Positions 50,556-62,497 of a stretch of DNA of 64,000 nt are shown here, in pieces. The stretch comes from Torpedo marmorata. Lineage: Eukaryota. Each line of letters begins with the position of its first letter. Position 1 is the first letter of the stretch. A program made the translations under genes and the position numbers. Location of the stretch: the NCBI GenBank assembly GCA_977017645.1, contig OZ360232.1, positions 35,340,001-35,404,000 on the forward strand, written 5' to 3'. The notes under the pieces were generated by a model that was not told where the DNA came from, did no database searches, and saw nothing but the letters and a program-made list of their open reading frames with translations.

Positions 50556-52439
50556 TCTCTTCCCTAAACATTAAAATTGAACCTGCATCTACCACTTCGG
50601 CCGGAAGCTCGTTCCACCCTCCCACCACCCTCTGAGTGAAGAAATTCCCCCTCATGCTTCCTCTAAACTTTTCCTCCTTCAGCCTCAATCCATGCCCTCT
50701 TGTTTGAATCTTCCCCTCTCTCAATGGAAAAAGCCTGTCCACGTTAACTCCATCTGTCCCCTTCATAATTTTAAATACCTCTATCTAAATCACTCCTCAA
50801 CCTTCAACGCTCCAGGGAATAAAGTCCCAGCCTGCTCAACCTTTCCCTTTTACTCAAACCCAGGCAACATTCTTGTAAATCTCCTCTGCACTCTCTCTAT
50901 TCTGTTTATATCCTTCCTATAATTCGGCGACCAAAACTGCGCACAATATTCCAAATTTGGCCTCACCAATGCCTTATACAACTTCAACATGACATCCCAA
51001 CTCCTATATTCAATACTCTGATATATGAAGGCCAACATACCAAATGCTTTCTTCACCACCCTATCTACGTGTGACTCAACTTTCAGGGAATTATGTATCA
51101 GAATTCCTAAATCCCTCTGTTCTACTGCACTCCTCAATTGTCTTCCATTTAACATGTATGACCTTTGCTGATTAATCCTACCAAAAATGTAGCACCTCAC
51201 ATTTATCAGTATTAAACTCCATCTGCCATGTTTCCGCCCACTCTTCTAACTGTCCTATATCCCCCTGCAAGCTTTGATATCCCTCTTCACTGTCCACAAC
51301 ACCACCAATCTTCATATCATCTGCATACTTACTAATCCAATTTACCACCCTATCATCTAGATCATTAATATATATGACAAACAACAATGGACCCAGTACC
51401 GATCCCTGAGGCACTCCACTAGTCTCCGGCCACCAATTTAACAAACAATTTTCCACCACTACTCTCTGGCATCTCCTATCCAACCATTGTTGAATCCATT
51501 TCACTTCTTCATCGTTAATACCTAATGCTTGAACCTTCCTAACTAGCCTCTTATGCGGAACCTTGTCAAATGCCTTACTAAAGTCCATATAGACAACATC
51601 CACAGCCTTCCCCTCGTCAACCTTCTCAGTAACCTCATCGAAAAACTCTATGAGATTTGTTAAACATGATCTACCACGAACAAAACCGTGTTGACTACTC
51701 CTAATCAATGCTTGTCTTTCCAAATAACTATATACACCATCTCTAAGAACACTCTCCATTAATTTACCCACCTCCGATGTCAGACTCACAGGCCTATAAT
51801 TTCCAGGTTTACTTTTTGAGCCCTTCTTAAACAGCGGGACAACGCGAGCTACCCTCCAATCCTCCGGCACCTCCCCCGTGGCCAGTGACATTTTAAATAT
51901 TTCTGTCAGAGCCCCCACTATTTGTACACTAACCTCCCACAGGGTCCTCGGGAATATCCTGTCAGGACCTGGAGATTTATCCACCTTCATGCTCTTTAAA
52001 ATAGCCAATACTACCTCCTCATTAATTTTTATATTATCCACGACCTCACTGCCAGATTTCCTTACTTCACCTGGCTCAATATTCCTTTCCTTTGTAAATA
52101 CTGAAGAAAAAATTCATTTAAAATTTCCCCCATCTCCTCTGACTTCTCACATAGCCTACCCGTCTGATCCTCAATGGGCCCAATTTTATCCCTCACTATT
52201 CTTTTGCTTTTAATGTACCTGTAGAACCCCTTTGGATTTATTTTTACCTTGCCTGCCAAAGCAGCCTCATATCTCCTTTTAGCCTTTCTAATTTCTTTCT
52301 TAAGATTTTTTTTACACCCCTTATATTCCTCAAGGACCTCATCTATTCCCTGCTGTCTATACCTGTTGTACACATCCCTCTTCCTCCGAACCAAATTCCC
52401 AATATCCTTTGAAAACCAAGGCTCCCTATATTTTCTAAC
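50556..52439 (-). mobile_element. CR1 ORF2 (RT region), frameshifted, running into the gap
   Basis: ORFs 52062, 51178, 50850 and 50497 are homologous to the 18081-19745 protein. Confidence 0.9.
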
Positions 52440-52572
52440 NNNNNNNNNNNNNNNNNNNNNNNNNNNNNNNNNNNNNNNNNNNNNNNNNNNNNNNNNNNNN
52501 NNNNNNNNNNNNNNNNNNNNNNNNNNNNNNNNNNNNNNNNNNNNNNNNNNNNNNNNNNNNNNNNNNNNNNNN
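52440..52572. other. Assembly gap
   Basis: Run of N. Confidence 1.
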
Positions 52573-52706
52573 TATTGAAATGCACTTGTTACTTTGGATT
52601 TTTTTTAAAGTATCTGAATTTCATATAATTTGCACAAATAAAGGAAATTTTGAACTGTTATGGATATTCTTCCCCATATCCTCAGATGGTTTTGAGGTAA
52701 AATATG

Positions 52707-52841
52707 TGTTACAAATTCAAACCAGCAACGACAGAAGACGCAATGCAAAAGGGGTAAAATTGAAATTTATATTTATTAAAGACAATTAAACATATAATTT
52801 CACAACAATTAACCCCACTATAAACACTATTCTTATCTAAA

Positions 52842-52874
<33 letters not shown>

Positions 52875-53664
52875 GCCCAGACCATTACAGTCTGTGCCCA
52901 ACCCTCATGTAAAAATGGAAAACCTTCCCCAAAACCCCCAGGTCAGTCATAAAATAAGTCAGTCCCAAAAATACAGTCCACAAAAATTCACTCTCTATGT
53001 TCAGGGTCCAAATTCAGCTCTGTGTGCTGGCAAGAAGGACTTCTTAATGAACGTTGGAGAGAGACAATGACTGTTTAAGCTTACGAATCTTGGCCTGCTT
53101 TTCTTCTCTGATGACTTTCCCTTTTGGTAGATTCACGAGGATTGCGACTCCAAATCCGTTTTTGATTGAGGCATATACTTGGATCTCACAGCCTGTCTCG
53201 CTGATCTCACGCCTGTTCTTCACAAAAGTTGTTTTAACTCAGGATTTTGCTGATACAGGAGGCCATGTGCTATTCTCCCAGCCTTTTCCCCAGGGATGCA
53301 CAAGCCTGGATTTTGCTGTGTTCTCCAACCTTTGCAACTCTAAACACAACTGAACCTCAATGCTTTTTGCAGAGGTTTGCACCTGCTTTTGCAAAAGTGC
53401 AACAAAGTATCTTTCCACAGTCTGTCTCTCTCTGGTGTTTCTCTCTCTGTGAGTACAAGAAGTCCTGGGCAAGTTAATTCTTTCAGTACCAGGTCCCAGA
53501 GGGTACTCCAAAAGACTTCATCCTTCCTGCTGACCGTCCGCAGTCCAAATGGTCAGTCATGGTCCATAACATATGTAAATAATTGATTAGGCAAATAATG
53601 ACTGTAGAATCTATAGGCTCTTCCAGAATCTTTCAAGCAATAGGTTTCGTGTTGATATGTAACA
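52707..53664 (-). mobile_element. Probable ~960-bp LTR (ERV or Gypsy), with adjacent internal sequence to ~53950
   Basis: Inverted termini TGTTACA...TGTAACA. On the minus strand, AATAAA lies ~65 nt from the end and a short PPT-like GGTTGGGA precedes the start. Confidence 0.55.
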
Positions 53665-54759
53665 TCCCAACCGAAGAAATCCAAATGAAGTGAAATAAGG
53701 AAATACGTTTTAATCACAAATACTTTGTCATTCTTATTACATAAAAGGAAAATAAAGAGGGTATGGTAAATATGCGAGGTCGCTATATCAGTACCTTCAA
53801 TTTTATTTGAAGCCTTAATTATATGAGAACCATTAACATAATGTAATCTAAAATAAGTATATCTGTGATCTAACGTGAGGATTAATTTCCGTGGAACAAC
53901 CGTTAATCTCACTTCTACTATCGAATTAGAAACTTTATGCCCAATCATTGCTGGAAGACAGACAGGTGCATGGATGCAATAAAAATAGAGGGTTATGGGT
54001 GTGAGGTATAGAGTGTGTTTAGTTTGTTGAGTAGATGAATATAAGTCACAACATGGTGGGCCGAATGGCCTGTACTGTGCTGAAATATTCTGTGTACATA
54101 ATACATTAATATAATCTGTCCTAACAGGACTGTAGAGAACAAGGAATAAGTGAGGTGAACTGCTTGCTAGCCTTCAAGGCTAGAGGATTTGAGTGCAGTA
54201 CCAGTTAGACCACAGCTGTGGACAGTTGTTCTCACCACACCACAGGAAGGATGTGGTTGCGTTTCAGAGATTAGTCAGTTCTTCAGCACAGAACCAGGCC
54301 CTTCTCCCAATCTAGTCTGTGCCAAACTACTATGTCTAGTCCCATCGACCTGCGCCAGACCATATCCCTCCATTCTGCTCCCATCCATGGACCTATCCAA
54401 TTATTTTTTTTAAACGTCAAAATTGAGCCCACATTCACCACTTCAACTGGCAGCTCGTTCCACGTTCTCACCACTCTCTCTCCTTGAACATCACACCTTT
54501 CACCCTTAACCCATGTCCTCAAGTTCATCTCACCCAACCTCAGTGGAAAAAGCCTGCTTGCATTTACTCTATACCCATCATAATTTTGTATACCTCTATC
54601 AAATCTCCCTTCATTCTTCTACACTCCGGGGAATAATCCTGTTGAACCTTTCCCTGTAACTCTTTCCTCAAGTCCCGGCAACATCCTAGTAAACCTTCTC
54701 TGCACTCTTTCAATCTTATCGATATCTTTCCTGTAGTTAGGTGACCAGTATTTGGCAGT

Positions 54760-55850
54760 GCATGAGGCCAAACAGAGGTCACCTGCAAATTGGAGGAACA
54801 CTACCTAATATCTTCCGAAATGTCTGCCTTCTTCCACAAACGTGGCTTCCCCTCCACCACCATCAACTCAGCCCTCACCCACATCTCCTCCATTTTCCGC
54901 TCATCTGCCCTGGCCCCCTCTGCCCCCAGACGCAACAAACATAGAATCCCCCTCATCCTCACCTACCACCCCACCAGCCTCCGCATCCAACACATTATCC
55001 GCCAGAATTTCCGGCACTTACTATAGGATCCCACCACCAGACACATTTTTCCTTCTCCTCCCCTCTCGGCCTTCCGCAGGGACCGCTCCCTCCGCGATTC
55101 ACTCGTGCACTCATCCCTCCCCACCTATCCCCCCCAGCACCTTCCCCTGTGGCCGCAGGTGCAACACTTGCGCGCACACCTCCTCCCTCACCACGGTCCG
55201 TGGCCCCAAACAGGCCTTTCAAGTGAAGCAACACAGGACTCATTTACTGCATCCGGTGCTCCCTTTGTGGCGTTCTCTACATCGGAGAGACCGGTCGCAG
55301 ATTGGGAAATCGCTTCGCTGAGCACCTCCTCTCCGTCCGCAACAACAGCGACCTCCCAGTAGCCAACCATTTCAATTCTGAGTCACACTCCCAGACTCAC
55401 ATGTCTGTCCATGGCCTTTTGCACTATCCTACCCTGACCACCCGCAGATTGGAGGAACAACACCTTATCTTCCGTCTGGGCACTCTCCAGCCAGATGGCA
55501 TTAACATTGATTTCTCTGCCTTCTGCTAAACTTGCTCGCCTTTTCTTTCCCCTCCCCCTTTCCTGTCTTTCCAGTTCTCCCCTCCCTTCCGCTTACCCAC
55601 CCAGCCATCCCTCCTCCCCCTCATTGTTGCTGTCCCCTCCCTCCCCTCATCCACCTATCATCTCCTGCCTTTGTCACCCCCCTCCCCCACTACCCTTTTG
55701 TTTGGATGCCTGCCAGCATTCTCTCATACCTTGATGAAGGACTCAAGCCCGAAACGTTGGTTATGTATTTCAACCTTTGTTACATAAAGGACACTGTTTG
55801 ACCTGCTGAGCTTCTCCAGCATTTTGTGTTTTTTACTTTTCTCTACTACC
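54760..55850 (+). mobile_element. Penelope 3' part (RT thumb, GIY-YIG and terminal repeat)
   Basis: Nearly identical to 29668-30700; hammerhead-like motif at 55728-55762. Confidence 0.85.
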
Positions 55851-56593
55851 TAATATCTGTCTGGGCACTCTCCAACCAGACAGCATTACATCGACTTCAC
55901 CAGTTTCCATTAAACCCTCCCCAGAGTCTCTCTTTCCCTATCCCTCTGTCTCCTTTCCTCCAGCTCCCCACCCCCTTTGCTCTCTATTTAGAGAGCTACC
56001 CCCTCCCCCTTTCACTTCTCAGATTTTTGTTTCTCTTCTGCCCTCCCACTCATATCTCCCTCTTGCCTTTAGGCCTGTGCACCTCCCCTCGCCCCTTCTT
56101 CCCTCCTCCCCGCACCTTTTTATTCAGGCACCTGCCTGCTTTTTTGCTCATACTTTGACGAAGGGCCCACGCCCAAAACGTTGGTTATATCCCTTTGTTT
56201 CCTGTGGATGCTGCGTGACCTTCTGAATTTCTCCAGCGCGTTTGTGCATTGCACTACAGTCACAGTGTCTGCAGACTTTCCTGTTTAACTGCCCCGCGTT
56301 ACACAGGGTTCCTCAACAGGATTCCATGGAGAATCCACTGAGTACGTGGATACCTGGTCACTCCATGTATCCCAGCTTTTACCACAGGGCCACACTGATC
56401 TGGGGGCAGGAGCTGGCTGAACAGAACCAGCACAATTCAGCTCCAGTAACGATCAAACCGCTGGAGGATGTGTCTACATGAAACCACTCCAACTCCAGAC
56501 TTTGAAGGAGTTTCCCTCCTATTCATCCTGCAGTTTGTTTTTTGCTCTATTCCAGCCTCTGGTGTCCCCAGTTGACCTCCAAGAGAATTTTAA

Positions 56594-57478
56594 CACTGGA
56601 CAACAATTTTTTTCAAAAAGTTTGCTTCCTGAAAAAAAAAAAGGGGATTATTTTAGACGCGGAACGGTTGGTGTAGCGGTTATCGCAACGCCTTTACAGC
56701 GCCGGCGATCAGGACCGGACTGGGGTTCAAATCCCACGCTGTCTGTAAGGAGTTTGTATGTTCTCCCATGTCTTCGTGGGTTTTCTCCGGGGGCTCTGAA
56801 TTCCTCCCACCGTTCAAAATGTACCGGGTGTGTAGGTTAATTGGGTGTAAATTGGGCAGCACGGACTCATGGGCCGAAATGGCCTGTTACCGTGCTGTAT
56901 GTCTAAAAAAAAAATGTTTTTTTGAATTAAAAAAATTTAAACTTCAAGCTGAACACAAAGATAATTTCAGATTTGCTGTATCTCGTAGGAAGTTGGAGAA
57001 ACATTAAATTAACTTTAATTGAATTCAGCATGTTTAATCGCATAATGATGCTGACACATTGCGTTAGTTCAACTGACCTGAAAATGTTTTGCCGCTGATT
57101 TTCATTTGTACTCAGCATCTGATGCCTCTCATGTCAGTGTCCAACAATAGTCGGCCAGCATTGATGGATTCCATTTGCCCTGATACCGCTTTTCCATGGT
57201 CGCAATGTCCTGGTGAAACCTTTCACCGTGTTCGTCACTGACTGCACCAAGATCAGCAGGAAAGAAGTCCAAGTGCAAATGCAGAAAATGAATTTTCAAC
57301 GACATGGTTTTGAATGCTTGAAGTAGACTTAAAATATGACAGGAAATCACAAAAATAGGTTATATCTAAAAAACGGTACGTGATAAGAAAATTTTCAGGC
57401 GATTTTTGTGATCAGCTGCCCAAAATCCATAAAATACACCCAAAAGTGTTCAGGAAGCAAAATCTTCGTTGTCCAGTG
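56594..57478 (-). mobile_element. Chapaev3-like (CMC) DNA transposon, internally deleted, with a V-SINE inserted at ~56657-56940
   Basis: TIRs CACTGGACAAC...TTTGCTTCCTGAA / TTCAGGAAGCAAA...GTTGTCCAGTG; flanks TAA / TGA. Transposase C-terminus MSLKIHFLHLHLDFFPADLGAVSDEHGERFHQDIATMEKRYQGKWNPSMLADYCW at 57129-57306. Confidence 0.75.
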
Positions 57479-57734
57479 TGATTAGTCACAGTGATGGTAT
57501 AGCGAGGGTTCGTGGTGGTGGGGATTAGTCGGCAGCACTTGCTGGTCTAGAGTCACATAGAGGCCAGTGTGAGCAAGGACAGATGTCCTCCCCAATGAAC
57601 GATAGAGTTTATCATACACACATGCACCAAAATTCTTGCTTGCTGCAGCCAAAAGTACTTTTGTAAAAACTATTATAGTATACATGAAAGACAGTACAGA
57701 AAGATATAATAAAAGGAGACCACCATATAGGAGG

Positions 57735-58212
57735 AGACGACCCTACAGGACGGTGACCACAGCAGTGGACCAGCGAGGGGCTCAGCGGCTGAGAGACCCA
57801 CACAGGCTGCGGGCGACTTGCGGTCGGGGGACCTGCACGGGCTGTGGGCTGCTGGAGACTGGCTCATGGGAACCAGGTATCGGAGCCGGGATTCGAGAGG
57901 GTGCTGAGGGCAAGAAGGGCTCCTGAAGGGCCTCGGGCGCTGAAGGCTTCTTGATCGTATCGAATGTTTGGATCTGGAGCTCGGGTTGCCGATGGATCGA
58001 ACAGGAGTCTGTGCGGCTGCAGAGGCTGCGGGAGCGCTGGAGTCGAATCCACGGACACTCTGACTCTGAAGGGACTCTGTTGCTTTCTCACGTACTGTAA
58101 GGGTCACCGGGCAACACTAATGGCAACTCTTTGTCTGCTTTATGGCAGGCAGAAGACAATTTAGTGTAATATTACATGTTCTGCACTATTACGTAACAAT
58201 AAAGGAATCTTG
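57735..58212 (+). mobile_element. Unclassified GC-rich non-autonomous retroelement with a hairpin and ACAATAAAGGAATCTTG tail
   Basis: The 3' tail resembles that of the 5S SINE; the 5' boundary is uncertain. Confidence 0.5.
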
Positions 58213-58489
58213 AAAAAATAGTAGATAATAAATATTTAGTTAGTGCAAGAAAAAGTCAAGTTTATTGTCATCGGATTGTACAAGTACAACGTGACGAAAC
58301 AGCGTTCTCCGGTCCTCGGTGTAAAATATGCAGACACACGACCAGACATAACACACATACAGACAAACAATACATACGAAGGACACGTATTCGTATATAC
58401 AAATAAATAAATAAATATTGTTTCATAAATATGAGCGTCTCAGATGGTTAGTATGAGCAGTTCCTTTGGTCATTCAGCATTCTCACTGC

Positions 58490-60050
58490 CCTGTACCCTG
58501 TACTCAGCCTTCTGGTTTGACCTTCCAAAATGCATCACCTCACACTTATCCAGATTGAACTCCATCTGCCACTTTTCCGCCCAACTCTGCATCCTATATC
58601 CTCTTGTAACCTTCGACAACCTTCAGCTCCATCCACAACTCCTCCAACCTTCGTATCATCCGCAAACTTACTGACCCATCCTTCCGCCTCTTCATCCAGG
58701 TCATTTATAAAAATCAGAAAGAGCAGGGGTCCCAGAACAGATCCTTGCGGAACTCCACTAGTCACTGTCCTCCAAGCAGAATACTTTCCTTCCACTACTA
58801 CTCTCTGCTTTCTACATGCAAGCCAATTTTTTATCCACACAGCCAATGTTCCATGGATCCCATGCCTCATGACTTTCTGATCGAGTCTCTCATGGGGGAT
58901 CTTGTCAAATGCCTTGCTAAAATCCATGTAGACCCCATCTACTGCCCTACCCTCATCAATTTCTTTTGTTACCTCCTCAAAAAACTCAATTAGGCTCGTG
59001 AGGCACGACCTTCCCTTCACAAAGCCATGCAGACTATCCTTGAGTAGACTGTACTCCTATGCTGGGCTTCATTAGTCGGGGGATCGAGAGGTAATGTTGC
59101 AGCTCTATAAAACTCTGGCTAGACCACATTTGGAATATTGTGTTCAGTTGTGGTCGCCTCATTACAGAAAGGATGTTTGTCATCTATATCAATGATCTGG
59201 ATGATAACGTGGTAAATTGGATCAGCAAGTTTGCAGATGACACTAGGATTGGAGGCATTGTGGACAGCGAAGAAGGTTTTCAAAGATTGCAGAGGGATCT
59301 GGACCAGCTGGAAAAATGAGCTGTAATTTGAATTGATGGAATTTCATGCAGACAAATGTGAGGTGTTGCATTTTGGAAGGACAAATCAAGGTAGGACATA
59401 CACAGTAAATGGTAGGTCACTAAGGAGTGCGGAAGAACAGAGGGATTTGGGAATACAGATACATAATTCCCTGAAAGTGGCGTCACAGGTGGACAGAGAG
59501 CATTTGGTATTCTGGCCTTCATAAATCAAAGTACAGGGGTATTGAGTATAGGAGCTGGGATGTTATGGTGAAGTTGTATAAGACATCGGTGAGGCCAAAT
59601 GTGGAGTATTGTGTGCAGTTTTGGTCACCTAACTACAGGGATGATATCAATAAGATAGAAAGAGTGCAAAGAAGATTTACTAGGATGTTGCCCAGACTTC
59701 AGGAACTGAGTTACAGGGAAAGGTTAAACAGGTTAGGACTTAATAGAGGTCTACAAGATTATGAGAGGCATATATAGGATGGATTGCCAGCGTCTTTTTC
59801 CCGGGTGACAATAGCAAACACCAAAGGACATCTGTACAAGGTGAGAGGAGGAAAGTTTAGGGGAGATGTCAGGGGTAAGTTTTTTTACACGGAGAGTGGT
59901 GGGTGCCTGGAATGCATTGCCGGGGGTGGTGGTGGAGGCTGGTACAATAGGGACATTTAAAAGACTCTTAGACAAACACATGGATGCAAGAAAAATAGAG
60001 GGTTATGGGAGTGAGGGAGGGAAGGGTGAGAGATTGTTGAATAGGTTTAT
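58490..60050. mobile_element. Cluster of CR1 RT and 3' fragments: 58490-59055 (-) and 59058-60050 (+)
   Basis: [37 protein letters not shown]. Confidence 0.8.
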
Positions 60051-60253
60051 ATCAAGTCAGGTCAAGTTTATTGTCATCCGATTGCACAAGTACAACCCGA
60101 CGAAACAGCGTTCTCCGGTCCTTGGTGCAAAATACGCAGACACACAACCAGACATAACACATACAGACAAAAAATACATATGCAGGACAAGTATTCATAT
60201 ATACAAATAAATAAATAGATTCTGTTTTGTACAAATGAGACCATATGTAAAGG

Positions 60254-60524
60254 AAAGTAAAACACAAAAGTCTGTAGACACCGTGGTTGAAGTAAAAACA
60301 CTATGCTGGAGAAATTCAGCAGGTCAAACAGTGTACTTTATATAGCAAAAATAAAGATACATAACCAACGTTTCGGGCTTGAGCCCTTCATCAAGGTACA
60401 TCAAGGTTTTTTTTCCATACTCTGATGAAGGGCTCAAGCCTGAAACGTTGGTTATGTAAATTTATCTTTGTTATATAAAGGACACTGTTTGACCTGCTGA
60501 GTTTCTCCAGCATTGTGTTTTTAC
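60254..60524. mobile_element. Penelope-derived palindromic cassette with back-to-back hammerhead motifs
   Basis: Inverted arms with junction CATCAAGGTACATCAAGG (60389-60406). Motifs at 60364-60398 (-) and 60419-60452 (+, canonical CTGATGA). Confidence 0.8.
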
Positions 60525-60633
60525 TGAGACATATGTATGTGGGCCAAAGGGCCTGTATTGTGCTGGAATGTACCATCCACCCTCCGTGTGTTTGACCCAG
60601 CTATTGAAAGTGTCCTCCTCCTTCCCCCTGCAG

Positions 60634-61994
60634 GAACCTGCCGCAGTTGGAGTGTGAGCGAGCAGGAGGCCAAGGGGGCCAGGACCCAGAGCCAGAGGAT
60701 CGCGGCCCAGTTGACCACGCCGCCCAGCCCCAACTCCAAGGGCGTCCTGCTCTTCAACCGGCGCAAGAAGAGAGTCAACGAATTCACGCAGAGGGGGCCG
60801 GGGTCCGCCCGGCCGGCGGATGGAGAAGGCGGGGAGCCCGGGGGACGTGTAGGCCAGGAGCCCAGCGAGGAGCCCGGCCTACCCTACTTCGAGCAGCAAG
60901 CTGGCATGGAGGAGGAGGAGGCCCGGCTGGAAGGTGGGGTGGAGGCCAAGGCAGGAGGCGAAGACCAGCAGGCCGCAGCACGGCTTGACCCCAACGAGGA
61001 CTACTTGGAGCTGCCAGTGGAGACCCGGCGAAGAGAGGCTGAGGCTGAGGCCTTCAGGCCTGGCGGCTTGCCACCGCCGCCGCCCGTGGCCCGGCCGGGC
61101 AAGACGGGCCTACTGGAGCAGCCGAGGCTGCGGGCGGCGGGCAGGAGGCCAATGTTCACCTTCCACGAGAGGCCGAGGCTGGCTCCCAACCCCGAGCTGC
61201 TGTCGCTGGTCCGCGGCACCGACGTACAGCGCAAGGGGGGAGGCAGCGCCGATGACGGCCTGGGCCTGGGCGCCGAAGCCTGCACGCTAGGCCCACACCC
61301 GGCCCCGGATCCGTCCGCCGTGGTCTGTGCCGGCGAGGAGAAGCCGGCACCCGTGTGGGCCTCGTGCTTGAAGCCGCCTGAGCTGCGGCCTACGCGTAGG
61401 TCCGGAGCCTCGCAATGCCTGGCCGAGGTCCGGGGCAAAGGGGCCGAGCTGTTCGCTCGGCGTCAGACGCGCATGGAGCGCTTCACCATCGAGGCGCCGC
61501 CGGCCTCCGAGCGCCAGCCGCGGCCTACCTCCCCCACCGCCTCGCTGCCGCCCAGCTGGAGGTGTGGTGGTGGCCCGGGTCCGAGCTCCAGGCCTTCAGG
61601 CCTAGTCGGGGGGAGCTCCAGGCCTTCCGGCCTAGCCGGGGGGAGCTCCTTCGCCTTCCGCGGCAGGGCCGCGGCTCTGCCAGGCCTGCGCCGGCTCGGT
61701 TCAGCCTCCCCACCGCCGGTCTGCGGGGCGCCCGGCCCCAGGCCTGAACTCACCAGGGCCTCACCCCTGCCTCCTCCTCCTCCCGCCGCCAAGCCTCCAG
61801 GCCCCAGGCTCAACAGTCCGGACACACGGCCCATGCCGACCACTCAGGGCCCACCGCAGGCAGCCCACAGGCCCACTGAGGCGCCGCAGGCCCCCAGGCC
61901 CACCAAGACGCCGCAGGCCCCCAGGCCCACCTTCTCGGCGCGAAGAGCCGGACTCGAGGCCCAGGTGTGGAGGCCGCGCAGGCTCTTCTTGTGA
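60634..61994 (+). CDS. SYNPO: Synaptopodin, large terminal coding exon (~453 codons)
   Basis: Motifs match vertebrate SYNPO in order: SQRIAAQLTTPPSPNSKGVLLFNRRKKRVNEFT, RPMFTFHERPRLAPNPELLSLV, LGLGAEA, WASCLKPP, LAEVRGKGAELFARRQTRMERFTIE, SPTASLPPSW, and C-terminal APRPTFSARRAGLEAQVWRP. Acceptor tcctccttccccctgcag|GA at 60633/60634 (phase 1); stop TGA at 61992-61994. Confidence 0.93.
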
Positions 61995-62497
61995 ATGGGG
62001 GCAGGGTGTGCGACATAATCTGCGCGCGGCACCGTGGGCGCGTGCCCAGCACCGGAGTCCGCCCCGTTCCCGAGTGTGAGCCCGTTCCTGCGCGACCCAC
62101 TGGCATCGTAACCCCCCCCGCCCGCTTCTCCTCCCGACACGCGTGCACGACCTCAAATACCCTCCCATGCCCGCGCACATCGCCTGAAGCACACCTCGCC
62201 TCCGCGCACACCCCGTTCGTTCACCTTCTCCCGCTAGCGCCCACCCTCCCTCTCCCTGTAAGCGCGCGCTCAATGCAGCGCACCGCCTCTCTCCTGCGCA
62301 CGCCCCTCCTGATCATCCCCGTGCCCAGTAGCCGCCCCCGCGTTCTCGTCTCCCTGACGCAGGCGCAGGCTGGTGCATGCCGGTACTCGCGCTTCCTCTG
62401 CCACGCGCGCACCCCTCCTCACACGCGCCTGGGGCAGGGGTGGTGAGGCTGGGGACGGCTCTGCTGGAGATGGTGCACGGGAACAATCCTGAACACG

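Noticed and set aside
53553-53948. 131-aa ORF as a retroviral env or accessory gene
   Set aside because: It crosses the putative LTR boundary and shows no env motifs.
60537-60633. N-terminal part of the 485-aa ORF as coding
   Set aside because: It lies upstream of a clear acceptor, starts in a CR1-type tail and has no SYNPO similarity.
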